DNA from: Acidimicrobiales bacterium
GTDB lineage: Bacteria; Actinomycetota; Acidimicrobiia; Acidimicrobiales; JAUJNH01
Direction: 5' to 3'
NCBI GenBank assembly: GCA_038255915.1
Contig: JBBSKY010000005.1
Span: forward strand, 4,333-68,332
DNA: 64,000 bases
In this document: one piece after another, positions 38,377 through 47,542 of the stretch
Numbering within the stretch: the stretch's first letter is position 1
Layout of the letters: each line of letters begins with the position of its first letter
The notes under the pieces: generated by a model
Databases searched by the model: none
The model's input: the letters and a program-made list of their open reading frames with translations, nothing else
Told to the model about the DNA's origin: nothing
Program-made: the position numbers and the translations under genes

Positions 38377-40047
38377 CTACTCGATGCTGAACAGGTAGGG
38401 GTAGAGGGGCTGGCCGCCGTGGTGGACCTCGGTCTCCACGTGGGGGAAGCGCTCGGCCAGCCAGCTCTCGATGCGGCGGGTGGCGCCGGTGGTGGCCCCG
38501 TCGCCCTCGATGAGGGTGACGATCTCGTGGCTGTCGTCGAGGAGCTTGCCGAGGAGCCCCTCGACGCACTCGTACAGGCTCGGGGCCACCACCGAGATGC
38601 GGTCGTCGCTCAGGCCGATCCAGTCGCCCTCGGCGATCGGCCCGGCCTCGGACCCGCTCCCCCGCACCGAGCGGGTGACCTCGCCGGTGATCACCCGGTC
38701 GGCAGCGGCGGCCATGCACCGGGCGTTGTGGTCGGCGTCGCCCTGCGGGTCGTAGTCGAGCAGGGCGGCGAAGCCCTCGGTGACGCTGGTGGTGGGCACC
38801 ACCCGCACGACCTTGGTGGTGAGCGCCTCGACCTGGCGGGCCACGGCCACGATGTTCTGGTTGTTGGGCAGGAGGATCACCTCGCCGGCCGGGACGGCCT
38901 CGACGGCCTCGAGGAGGTCCTCGGTTGAGGGATTCATGGTCTGGCCGCCGGTGACGACCCGGTGCACCTTCAGGCTGTGGAAGATGCGGCGGATGCCGTC
39001 GCCCGAGGCCACGGCCACCACCGCGCAGGGCACGGGGTCGACCACCTCGGGGGCGCTCTCGACTGCCCCCTGGCGCACCCAGCGCTCCTCCTCGACCTGG
39101 TCGAGCAGGTCGGTGACCTTGATGCGGCGGGGCCGGCCGGTGTCCAGCGCCGCCTCGATGGCCTCACCGACGTCATCGGCGTGGATGTGGCAGTTCCACA
39201 GGCCGTCGCCGCCGACGACCACGATCGAGTCGCCCACCCCGCTCCACACGTCCTTGAAGGCGGGGATGAGGGCGTCGTCGGCCTCGAGGAGGAACATCAC
39301 CTCATAGCGCAGCTCGGCGAGGTTGCTCTCCCCGGTGGCGGCGTGGGCGACCTCCGCCAGGGCGCCGAGGTCGACCTCACCCATCGTGTCGAGCATCCCC
39401 TCGGGCACCGGCGGCCGCTCGGGCAGGGGATCGCCGGCGACGACGTGGAGCAGGGCGTCGAGCAGGAGGCAGTAGCCCGCCCCGCCGGCATCGACCACCC
39501 CGGCCTGGGCCAGCACGGGCAGCTGGTCGGGGGTGCGGGCCAGCGCCGCCACCGCTTCGGTGCGGGTGGCCCGCAGCAGGCCCTCGAGGTCCTGGCCCGC
39601 CGCGGCCGCGTCCGCCGCCGCGGTCGAGCTGGCCCGCACCACCGACAGGATCGTGCCCTCCATGGGCCGGGACACCGCTCCGTCGGCCTGCTTGGAAGCG
39701 GTGGCGAGGCCGGCGGCCACGTCGGCGGGACCGGCGTCATCGAGGTCCTTCAGCGCCTCGGTGAAGCCCCGCAGGACCTGGCACAAGATGATGCCTGAGT
39801 TGCCGGATGCCCCCATCAGACTGCCGTAGGCGATGGCCCGGCACACCTCGGCGAGGGTGTCACCGGTGCCGTCGAGCTCGGCCACCACCCGCTCGACGGT
39901 GCCCAGCATGTTCTTGCCCGTGTCGCCGTCGGGTACGGGGTAGACGTTCAGCCGGTTCAGCGCCGGAGCGCAGCTGGCGAGGGCGTCCCGGAAGGCCACG
40001 ACGACCGCTCTGAGGTCGGCGGCCGCCAGCCGGGTGGACGTCAACAT
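38377..40047 (-). CDS. DAK2-domain fusion protein (YloV/FakA-like)
   Basis: LNVYPVPDGDTG.NM, GNSG.IL, EGTILSV, VVDAGG, GGQTMNPS, GGQPLYPY. Confidence 0.93.
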   Translation of the reverse strand: MLTSTRLAAADLRAVVVAFRDALASCAPALNRLNVYPVPDGDTGKNMLGTVERVVAELDGTGDTLAEVCRAIAYGSLMGASGNSGIILCQVLRGFTEALKDLDDAGPADVAAGLATASKQADGAVSRPMEGTILSVVRASSTAAADAAAAGQDLEGLLRATRTEAVAALARTPDQLPVLAQAGVVDAGGAGYCLLLDALLHVVAGDPLPERPPVPEGMLDTMGEVDLGALAEVAHAATGESNLAELRYEVMFLLEADDALIPAFKDVWSGVGDSIVVVGGDGLWNCHIHADDVGEAIEAALDTGRPRRIKVTDLLDQVEEERWVRQGAVESAPEVVDPVPCAVVAVASGDGIRRIFHSLKVHRVVTGGQTMNPSTEDLLEAVEAVPAGEVILLPNNQNIVAVARQVEALTTKVVRVVPTTSVTEGFAALLDYDPQGDADHNARCMAAAADRVITGEVTRSVRGSGSEAGPIAEGDWIGLSDDRISVVAPSLYECVEGLLGKLLDDSHEIVTLIEGDGATTGATRRIESWLAERFPHVETEVHHGGQPLYPYLFSIE

Positions 40048-40107
40048 GGGGTGCAATGCTAACCTTCCCCGGTTCCGTCCCCCCACCTGCACGAGGTGCT
40101 AAGCCCG

Positions 40108-40323
40108 ATGGCTTCTGTCTGTCAGCTCTGCGGCAAGAAGCCGTCCTTCGGCATGTCGGTGTCGCACTCCCACGTCCGCACCAAGCGCCGCTGGAACCCC
40201 AACGTGCAGAAGGTGCGGGCCCTGGTCAACGGCTCTTCGATCCGCCTGTTCGCGTGCACCAGCTGCATCAAGGCCGGCCGGGTCACCAAGGTCCCGGTCC
40301 GCCAGATCCCCGCCCGGGACTGA
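40108..40323 (+). CDS. rpmB: 50S ribosomal protein L28 (Zn-binding form)
   Basis: [31 protein letters not shown]...CTSCIKAG. Confidence 0.97.
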   Translation: MASVCQLCGKKPSFGMSVSHSHVRTKRRWNPNVQKVRALVNGSSIRLFACTSCIKAGRVTKVPVRQIPARD

Positions 40324-40395
40324 GGGCCCTCGGTCCGCTTCGTCCGAAACGGGCGCCAAGGTTGGCGCTGGGTGGAGGTGGGGTAGTCAGACGCC

Positions 40396-40476
40396 ATGTA
40401 CATAGGCGTTGGAACTGTCGTCGTCATCCTCATCATCGTGGTCATCGTCCTGCTCTTGCGCCGTGGCCGCGTCTAG
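40396..40476 (+). CDS. 26-aa hydrophobic small protein
   Basis: MYIGVGTVVVILIIVVIVLLLRRGRV; preceded by GGTTG-N16-GGGTA; stop overlaps the VWA stop at a shared CTAG. Confidence 0.65.
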   Translation: MYIGVGTVVVILIIVVIVLLLRRGRV

Positions 40477-41645
40477 GCCGAACCCGCAGGTCGAGACGTG
40501 GGCAGGCCGGCGCCCTCGGCCCAGGCCCCCACGTCGCGGCCCTCGAGCGCGGCGGCCATGAGAGCGGGGAAGGCGTCCGGGGTGCAGGCGAAGCAGGGCA
40601 CGCCGAGGGTGGCCAGCTGCGCCGCCATCTCGTCGTCGTGCGACGGCGCCCCGCTGTCGCTCAGGGCCAGCAGGCACACCACCGTCACCCCTGAGCGCAT
40701 CAGCCCGGCCACCCGGGCCCGCAGCTGATCGGCGTCGCCCCCCTCGAAGAGGTCGGTGACCAGGACCAGCACCGTGTCGGCCGGCCGGCTGACCAGTCGC
40801 TGGCAGTAAGCCACGGCCCGGGCGATGTCGGTGCCACCACCCAGCTGCACGCCGAAGAGCAGGTCGACCGGGTCGTGCAGCTCCTCGGTGAGGTCGGCCA
40901 CCTCGGTGTCGAAGACCACCAGAGAGGTCCGCAGCGAGCGGACCGACGCCAGCACCGCAGCCAGGATGCTGGCGTGCACCACCGAGGTGGCCATCGAGCC
41001 GCTCTGGTCAACGCAGATGATGACGTCCTTCAGCTGGGCCTGCCGGCGGCGACGGCCGTGGCCGACGAGGTGCTCGGGCACCACCGTGCGCCGGTCGGCG
41101 TCGTAGGTGGCCAGGTTGGCCCGGATGGTGCGGTCCCAGTCGATGTCGGGCAGCTTCGGCCGGCGGGTGCGGGCGCTGCGGTCGAGGGCGCCGTTGACGG
41201 CGGTGACCAGCTGCTGGGCCAGCCGGCGCTGCAGCTGATCGACCACCTGGCCGACCACCTGGCGGGCGGTCTCCCTGGTGCGGGCCGGGATGACGCTGGC
41301 CAGGGCGATGAGATCGGCCACCAGGTGCACGTCGGGCTGGACCTCGGCCAGAAGCTCCGGCTCGAGCAGCAGCTGGCGCAGGCCCAGCCGCTCGATGGCG
41401 TCACGCTGCAGGACCTGCACCACCGGCTGGGGGAAGTAGGTGCGGATGTCCCCCAGCCAGCGGGCGACGTTCGGGCGTGAGCCGCCGAGCCCGCCCCTGC
41501 GGTCGGCCGGGGCACGGTCGCCGCCGTAGAGGGCCTCGAGGGCGCCGTCCACCTTCTCGTCGTGGGTCGACAGCTCGGCCCCCGGCAGGGTGTCGGCGGC
41601 GTCGCGACCGAGGATCAGCCTCCACCGCCGGGCGTCGCTGGTCAT
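40473..41645 (-). CDS. VWA-domain protein (YehP/CoxE-like)
   Basis: RRWRLILG N-terminus, MIDAS DQSGSM, LGGGTDI, LVTDL.EG. Confidence 0.92.
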   Translation of the reverse strand: MTSDARRWRLILGRDAADTLPGAELSTHDEKVDGALEALYGGDRAPADRRGGLGGSRPNVARWLGDIRTYFPQPVVQVLQRDAIERLGLRQLLLEPELLAEVQPDVHLVADLIALASVIPARTRETARQVVGQVVDQLQRRLAQQLVTAVNGALDRSARTRRPKLPDIDWDRTIRANLATYDADRRTVVPEHLVGHGRRRRQAQLKDVIICVDQSGSMATSVVHASILAAVLASVRSLRTSLVVFDTEVADLTEELHDPVDLLFGVQLGGGTDIARAVAYCQRLVSRPADTVLVLVTDLFEGGDADQLRARVAGLMRSGVTVVCLLALSDSGAPSHDDEMAAQLATLGVPCFACTPDAFPALMAAALEGRDVGAWAEGAGLPTSRPAGSA

Positions 41646-41809
41646 GGCCGACAGCGTCGCCCCGTCGGGCCCTTGGCGGGGGCACGGGCGTCGACCTGTC
41701 CGGGGCTGGGTAACCATCCGCACGCATGGATGCCGCCGAAGACGCCGACGTGGGTTCCCGCCAAAGGCCCTAGGCCAACGCCTCGGGCCAGGAACGGCCG
41801 CTGCGGGCC

Positions 41810-42538
41810 ATGGGCCGCGACCCGGTCGAGGAAGGCCGTGCTCCCTCCGCACCGTCGCTCGTCACGCGGATCGACACCGCCGCCCACCGCTTCCTGGTCG
41901 GTCGCAGCCTCCTCCTCCTGCGCTGGGCCGTTGGGGTGGTCTTCGTCTACTTCGGTGCCCTCAAGCTGTTTCCGGGGGCCAGCCCCGCCGAGAGCCTCGT
42001 CATGGAGGCGATCCAGACGATGACGTTCAACCTGGTGCCCGGCCGAGTCGGCGTGGCCTTCACCGGCGCCATCGAGGTCGCGCTCGGGGTCCTGCTCCTG
42101 ACCGGCCGGCTCCGACGGTTGACCATCTACGTGCTTGCACTCGAGCTGATCGGCATCCTCGCTCCGCTCGTCGTGCTCCCGAGTCGGCTGTTCGACGGCG
42201 TCATGCCCACCCTCGAAGGTCAGTACGTGCTCAAGGACATCATCCTGCTCGCGGCCGGCATGGTGCTCGCCGCCACGGTCAGGGGCGGCCGGCTCGTCGC
42301 CGGCCCGGGCACGGCCGAGCCGACGAAGCAGCAGGGAGACTCCGGCGCCGTCTCCGCCGACGAGAAGCTCCGCATCGTGCTCGGGAGCATCCGGGCCGGG
42401 CACAACAGCACCGACGCCGCCCGAGCCCACGGGATCACCCCCCAGGAGTACCGACGCTGGCGCGACGAGCTCCTCGACGGCGCCGTCGCGAACATGGCCT
42501 CGCCCGAGGAGCACACGGCCGCGTCGTCCCGCTCCTGA
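41810..42538 (+). CDS. DoxX-like membrane protein fused to a C-terminal HTH
   Basis: LLRWAVGVVFVYFGALKLFPG.SPAE...TLEGQYVLKD (about 4 TM helices), then EKLRIVL...DAARAHGITPQEYRRWRDELL. Confidence 0.8.
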   Translation: MGRDPVEEGRAPSAPSLVTRIDTAAHRFLVGRSLLLLRWAVGVVFVYFGALKLFPGASPAESLVMEAIQTMTFNLVPGRVGVAFTGAIEVALGVLLLTGRLRRLTIYVLALELIGILAPLVVLPSRLFDGVMPTLEGQYVLKDIILLAAGMVLAATVRGGRLVAGPGTAEPTKQQGDSGAVSADEKLRIVLGSIRAGHNSTDAARAHGITPQEYRRWRDELLDGAVANMASPEEHTAASSRS

Positions 42539-42555
42539 GCCCGGCCGGCCTGGCA

Positions 42556-44745
42556 TCACAGCCCGAGCAGCCGGCGCAGGGTGGGTACGACGAGGTCGGC
42601 CCGGGCCTGATCGAGGTCGTTCTCTGGTCCGGTGTCGGTGGCAGTGGCCGCCGTCCCGCCCGCCGCCGCCCGGTCTCCCAAGGCCCGCCGCTCGGGGGCG
42701 CCGAAGGTGCTGAAGGTCCGGCGTAGGAGGGGCAGCACCTCGGTGAAGCGGTCCTCCGGGAGGAGCGACACCCAGCGGTCGAGGACGCCGAAGAGCTGAT
42801 CGTCGTGCACCAGCACCAGTCCGCTCCCGGACAGGAAGCCTTCGACCCACGCCGCGGCCCGGGCCGGCGGCTCGCCCGGCGAGAGGGTCCGCCCGAGCAG
42901 CCGGGCGGCCTCTTCGGCCGTCAGGGCGGTGGCGTCGAGGAGCAGGCGGGCGGCCCGGCCGCACACCAGGCCGTGGACCGAGCCGCTGGCGGCCAGATCC
43001 CGCAGCGCCGCCCGCCACGGCACCAGGTGGCGAGGCGTGGCGAGGAGCCCGACGGCCCGGTCGGCGGCCCGCACCGCCTCGGCGGTGTCAGCCGCAGCGT
43101 CATCGTCGAGGCTGATGCAGGCCACCACCAGCCCGGCCGCGCTGCGGGCCACCATCCCGTCCACCACCCGACCCACCGCGGCGCCGTCGGTGCGCCGGAC
43201 GGTGCCGTAGCGCAGGGCCTGGACCAGGGGCGGGAGTGCGGCCAGCAGGTGATGGACGTCGGTGGCCACCGCGGCGCGCACCTCGAGGGCGGCCACCACG
43301 TGCACAACGGCGTCGGGCAGCTCGGCCAGCAGGGTGCGCTGCACCAGGTCGGTGAGCTCGGTCAGCGAGCCCGCCGACCAGGCCAGGTCGCTGGCCCGGG
43401 CCGTGGCCGCGGGCTCGAGGGTGGTCCCCCACACCGACGCCTCGACGAGGGCAACCTCGAGCGCCGGGTCCCAGGCCAGCCGCCACGTCTCCCGAAACGT
43501 TCCTGTCGTGCCGGTGAGCGATCGGCTGGGCTGACCCCAGGTCACCTCGAGGAGGCGGAGGCGGTGGAGGAGGTGGCTGCGATCCAGGCCCAGGGGCTGG
43601 CGGAGGTCGATCTCCAGCACCTTCGGCTGCTCGGTGACCGGCAGGCGCAGCCGGCGCTGGTGGCTGCGCACGTCAGCCACCAACGGCAGCGCCGGGGTGT
43701 CGTCGGGGACCCGCCCCACCCCTTCGCCCACCACCAGGCGGCGGTGCACCAGCCGCAGGGGCGAGGGGTCGCCGTCGCAGAGGGCGGCGAGGGTGGCGTC
43801 GGTGACCTCGGCCAGGCCCGGGAGGGGACGACCCCGCAGGGCGGCCAGGGCGTCGGCCAGACGGGCGGCGTCCACCGAGCCGGCCGGGGCGCAGTCGAGG
43901 CCCTCTTGCCGCAGCACGCGCGCCGTGCGGGCCAGCCAACCGGGGACGGGATCGAGCGGCTCGTCATGGAGGTGGGCGTACCAGCCGGGCGAGTCGACCC
44001 CGGCGCCGTAGCCCGACTGCTGAGCTAGGCGCCCGGTGGTCCACGGCACCCAGGTGGCCGCCACCTTCTCCTTGGGCAGCCCCTTGAGGATGGCCTTGTC
44101 GGCCGCCTGGGACGGAAACGTTCCCGTCAGCGAGGGGGCGTGCCAGGCGCCGCAGACCACGGCGATGTGCACGTGACCTTCCTTGCGGGCATCGCGTACG
44201 GCCTGGCGCATGGCCGCCTCCCGCGCCGCCTCCTCACGGTCGTGCGGCTCCGCCCCCCGCAGGGCGGCCATGGCCTCACCGATCGCCTCGAACAGGGCCT
44301 CGTCGGCCACCCCCCGGGCCTCGACCAGGTCCTCCCACCACCGCTCGGGGTCGTCGTGGCCGGCGGCGGTGGCGAGCACGGCGATGGGATCGACCCGGCG
44401 GCGGGAGCGGGGGGCCCGGGGCGGCTTCCAGGCCAGCGAGGTGGCGGCGGGCAGGTCGCAGAACCGGGACCGCACGTCGTTGGCCTCGGCCCAGCGCAGG
44501 GCGGCCAGCTCGGGCGAGAACGAGGCGAACGGCCAGAAGGCGGAACGCTCCGGCTCGGCCACGGCGTAGCAGAGCAGGGCCACCGGGGGCACCAGCTCGG
44601 GCGAGCCGACCAGGGGGATCAGCGGGTCCCCCTCGGGCGGCCCCTCGACCAGCACCAGGTCGGGCCGCAGTCGCTCGAGCGAGCGCACCACCGACCGCGC
44701 CGACCCGGGCCCGTGGTGGCGGATCCCGAGCACGTTGAGCGTCAT
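42556..44745 (-). CDS. DUF5682 / YehM-like protein
   Basis: GIRHHGPGSA, VLVEGP, PFASFSPE, REAAM, VVCGAWH, SGYGAG, LPLLRRTFS. Confidence 0.88.
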   Translation of the reverse strand: MTLNVLGIRHHGPGSARSVVRSLERLRPDLVLVEGPPEGDPLIPLVGSPELVPPVALLCYAVAEPERSAFWPFASFSPELAALRWAEANDVRSRFCDLPAATSLAWKPPRAPRSRRRVDPIAVLATAAGHDDPERWWEDLVEARGVADEALFEAIGEAMAALRGAEPHDREEAAREAAMRQAVRDARKEGHVHIAVVCGAWHAPSLTGTFPSQAADKAILKGLPKEKVAATWVPWTTGRLAQQSGYGAGVDSPGWYAHLHDEPLDPVPGWLARTARVLRQEGLDCAPAGSVDAARLADALAALRGRPLPGLAEVTDATLAALCDGDPSPLRLVHRRLVVGEGVGRVPDDTPALPLVADVRSHQRRLRLPVTEQPKVLEIDLRQPLGLDRSHLLHRLRLLEVTWGQPSRSLTGTTGTFRETWRLAWDPALEVALVEASVWGTTLEPAATARASDLAWSAGSLTELTDLVQRTLLAELPDAVVHVVAALEVRAAVATDVHHLLAALPPLVQALRYGTVRRTDGAAVGRVVDGMVARSAAGLVVACISLDDDAAADTAEAVRAADRAVGLLATPRHLVPWRAALRDLAASGSVHGLVCGRAARLLLDATALTAEEAARLLGRTLSPGEPPARAAAWVEGFLSGSGLVLVHDDQLFGVLDRWVSLLPEDRFTEVLPLLRRTFSTFGAPERRALGDRAAAGGTAATATDTGPENDLDQARADLVVPTLRRLLGL

Positions 44746-44749
44746 GGGC

Positions 44750-45847
44750 TCACAGGTGGTCGCGCAGGGCCCGGTAGAGGTCGAGCCATCCGTCCCTCTC
44801 GCGCACCACTGTCTCCAGGTACTCGCGCAGCACCACGGCGTCGGCCACCGGGTCCTGCACCACGGCCCCCACGATCCCGGCGGCCACGTCGCCGGCCCGG
44901 ATCTCACCGTCTCCGAAGTGGGCGGCCAGGGCGATCCCGTTGCCCACCACGCTGATCGCCTCGGCGGTGGACAGCGTGCCGCTCGGCGACTTCACCCGGG
45001 CCTTGCCGTCCTCGGTCTCACCCGACCGCAGCTCCCGGAACACCGTGACGATGCGGCGCACCTCCTCCAGCGCCGGCGGCACCTCGGGCAGGCCCAGGGC
45101 CCGGCCCAGCTGGGCCACCCGCTGGCGGACGATCTCGACCTCCTCCTCGACCGTTGCCGGCAGGGGCAGCACGACGGTGTTGAAGCGGCGGCGCAGGGCC
45201 GACGACAGCTCGTTCACCCCCCGGTCGCGGTTGTTGGCCGTGGCGATCACGTTGAAACCCCGCCGGGCCTGCACCTCCGACTGGAGCTCGGGCACGGGCA
45301 GCGACTTCTCCGACAGGATCGTGATGAGGGCGTCCTGGGTGTCGGAAGGGATGCGGGTCAGCTCTTCGACCCGGGCCACCGCTCCCCGCTGCATGGCCAC
45401 CATCACCGGGCTGGGCACGATCGCCGCCTCGCTCGGCCCCTCAGCCAGCAGCCGGGCGTAGTTCCACCCGTAGCGCAACGACTCTTCCCCCGTCCCCGCC
45501 GTCCCCTGCACCAGCAGCGTCGAATCCCCGCTCACCGCCGCCGCCAGGTGCTCGCTGACCCACGTCTTGGCCGTCCCGGGCACCCCGAGCAGCAGCAACG
45601 CCCGATCGGTGGCCAACGTAGCCACCGCCACCTCCATCAGCCGCCGGTCCCCCAGGTACTTCGCTGTGACGTTGCTCCCGTCGGCGGCGTTCCCGCCCAG
45701 CAGGTACGTGACCACCGCCCACGGCGACAGCCGCCACCCCGGCGGCCGCTCCCGGTCATCACCGGCGGCGAGCGCGGCGAGCTCGCCAGCGAACTCCTGC
45801 TCGGCGTGGCGCCGCAGCACCGGCTGATCGGTCAGGTCGCCGCCCAC
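44750..45847 (-). CDS. MoxR-family AAA+ ATPase (YehL type)
   Basis: GVPGTAKT (Walker A), RVEELTR (Walker B variant), ATANNRDRGVNELSSALRRRF; TAGCCT -10 7 nt before GTG 45847. Confidence 0.93.
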   Translation of the reverse strand: MGGDLTDQPVLRRHAEQEFAGELAALAAGDDRERPPGWRLSPWAVVTYLLGGNAADGSNVTAKYLGDRRLMEVAVATLATDRALLLLGVPGTAKTWVSEHLAAAVSGDSTLLVQGTAGTGEESLRYGWNYARLLAEGPSEAAIVPSPVMVAMQRGAVARVEELTRIPSDTQDALITILSEKSLPVPELQSEVQARRGFNVIATANNRDRGVNELSSALRRRFNTVVLPLPATVEEEVEIVRQRVAQLGRALGLPEVPPALEEVRRIVTVFRELRSGETEDGKARVKSPSGTLSTAEAISVVGNGIALAAHFGDGEIRAGDVAAGIVGAVVQDPVADAVVLREYLETVVRERDGWLDLYRALRDHL

Positions 45848-46013
45848 GAGGCGGAGGCTAGGCCGAGGCGACAGCACCTCCGTCGAGCGCGAACCGGCAG
45901 CGTTCAGCGCGAGAGCAGCCCCTCGCCCGGCAGCTTGGCCACACGACCTGTACGGGAAGCTCTGTCGCGACCAAGAGAACACTCCCGTGGACATCCCGAG
46001 CAACACTGGTCGG

Positions 46014-46469
46014 GTGACCACGGACCACGCGCATCTCCAGATGCTGGTCGACGAAGGCCGAGTTGAGGAGCTTCTGCGCTGGGTCTCGCTCGATGAGGTC
46101 ACCGAGACCTGGCTGCGGTACCACCGGAGTGAGTCACACGCAGAGGACGCAGAGGACGACCCTGACTGGTGGGCCGTCGAACTCTGGCTGTCCCTGGCCT
46201 GGTGGGCGGATGAGGAGCGGGTGCGGGACGCGTTGCTACGCCTCATCGCCGCCGCCGACGATGGCACGCTGTCCACCGTGGCCGCCGGTCCCGTCGAAGT
46301 GTTCGTCACCGGCGAGGAATCCCGGCTTGAGTGGATCGAGCAACAAGCAGCCGGATCAGAGCCGTTCCGCCGTGTGCTGGCGCACGTTTGGGTGTGGGAT
46401 CTACCGAGCGAGGCGTTCGATCGCCTTGAACGGGCCGCCCGGATCGAGCTCCCACGGCCTGATCACTAG
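46014..46469 (+). CDS. DUF6869-like (immunity-protein-like) protein
   Basis: WAVE...VAAGPVEVFV...IEQQA..SEPFRRVLAHVW pattern; start GTG 46014 or ATG 46041. Confidence 0.65.
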   Translation: MTTDHAHLQMLVDEGRVEELLRWVSLDEVTETWLRYHRSESHAEDAEDDPDWWAVELWLSLAWWADEERVRDALLRLIAAADDGTLSTVAAGPVEVFVTGEESRLEWIEQQAAGSEPFRRVLAHVWVWDLPSEAFDRLERAARIELPRPDH

Positions 46470-46499
46470 CCGAGACCGCCACCGAGACAACCCCACTGA

Positions 46500-46645
46500 C
46501 GAGGACGACCAACTCCGGCTCGCCTGCCGATTCGGTGGCCATTCATTCTCACTGGACGGGCGCCAGTCGACAGCCGGGATCGTCGCCGACATCGCTGATC
46601 AGGTACAGGACGACGTAATCGATGAGGTCTGGGGAGCATGGCCTC
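46500..46645 (+). pseudogene. Gene fragment of an actinobacterial hypothetical family
   Basis: Frame reads ...IVADIADQVQDDVIDEVWGAWP, then degenerates; no credible start. Confidence 0.35.
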
Positions 46646-47075
46646 GACAAGCGCGGATCCGCGCTCTCTCGCCGACCCAGTCGTCATATCGGAGGATGGA
46701 CTTGAGTCCGCGAACGGAAGTCGTCGACTCGACGTCGCTGACCACGAGCCCCAGCGTCGCCTCGGCCCGCTCGACCGCTCCACCGCTCGCTGGAGCTGCA
46801 GGCTTGGCCGGTCGTCTCGTCGCCTGCTCGGCGATTCGCTCGGCTCGCTCCCTTCCGCGTGTCAGTCGCTGCAACCTCCTCAGGATCGAGCCGTCGCATC
46901 ACCCACGACGATACGGGCGCCGTCGTCGGGCGCGAGGCCACGTTGACGCCCTCCCAGCGTGGACGACCGACTCCACATGGTGAGCCTGGAAGGGTGAGAT
47001 GATCGACGCAGGCGGCGATCAGGCGCGGGCCAAGAATTCGGCTCAGTCGCCGGCTGGGGCAGGGCGCGCCTTCGT

Positions 47076-47275
47076 TCAGGCGGGGAGGGGGAGCGGCACC
47101 CGGTGGGGTGGTTCTCGGGGTGGGCGGTGGAGGGTGCGGCCGGTGGTGGGGTTGGTGGTGGGGTTGGTGGCGGTCCAGCCGCCGTCGGCCTGGCGGTGAT
47201 GGTCCAGCCGGCGTGGTGGTGGAGCCGGTGATGACGGCGGCACAGCAGGCCCAGGTTCCTGCGGTCAGTTGGCCG
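47076..47275 (-). pseudogene. DUF222-type HNH endonuclease remnant, C-terminal half
   Basis: TDRRNLGLLCRRHHRLHHHAGWTIT, then after a 1-nt frameshift (R)QADGGWTATNPTT...GRTLHRPP to TGA 47078-47076. Confidence 0.8.
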
Positions 47276-47309
47276 GGGGGATCGTCCGCGCGGGCCGTAT
47301 CCTGTCGTC

Positions 47310-47534
47310 ATGGCCACGCACCTGCAGCGGGACGTCGACCTGATGGAGGTCGTCGAACGAGCCCGGCGCCAGGCCGAGCGATCCGGCGAGTTGCTCGCAA
47401 CGCCCTCCGGTCGCATCAGCGACTCCATCGATCCTGAGGCACGAGCGGCGCTGGCCCGCTGGGCTGCCGCCGGCGGCTACGAGCGTGCCCTCGTCGCGGT
47501 CACCGCCGACGACCCTGACCTCGCCGATCAGTAG
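47310..47534 (+). CDS. Small acidic-tailed protein, putative antitoxin of unknown family
   Basis: 74 aa; TATCCT -10 6 nt before the ATG; directly upstream of a PIN-like gene. Confidence 0.65.
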   Translation: MATHLQRDVDLMEVVERARRQAERSGELLATPSGRISDSIDPEARAALARWAAAGGYERALVAVTADDPDLADQ

Positions 47535-47542
47535 CACCGACG

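Noticed and set aside
42350-42490. IS3-family transposase
   Set aside because: Only an HTH fused in frame to a membrane protein; no DDE OrfB and no terminal repeats.
46599-46874. Minus-strand ORF with LVVSDVESTT, faintly like a class III cyclase start
   Set aside because: Too short, no further cyclase motifs, atypical codon usage.
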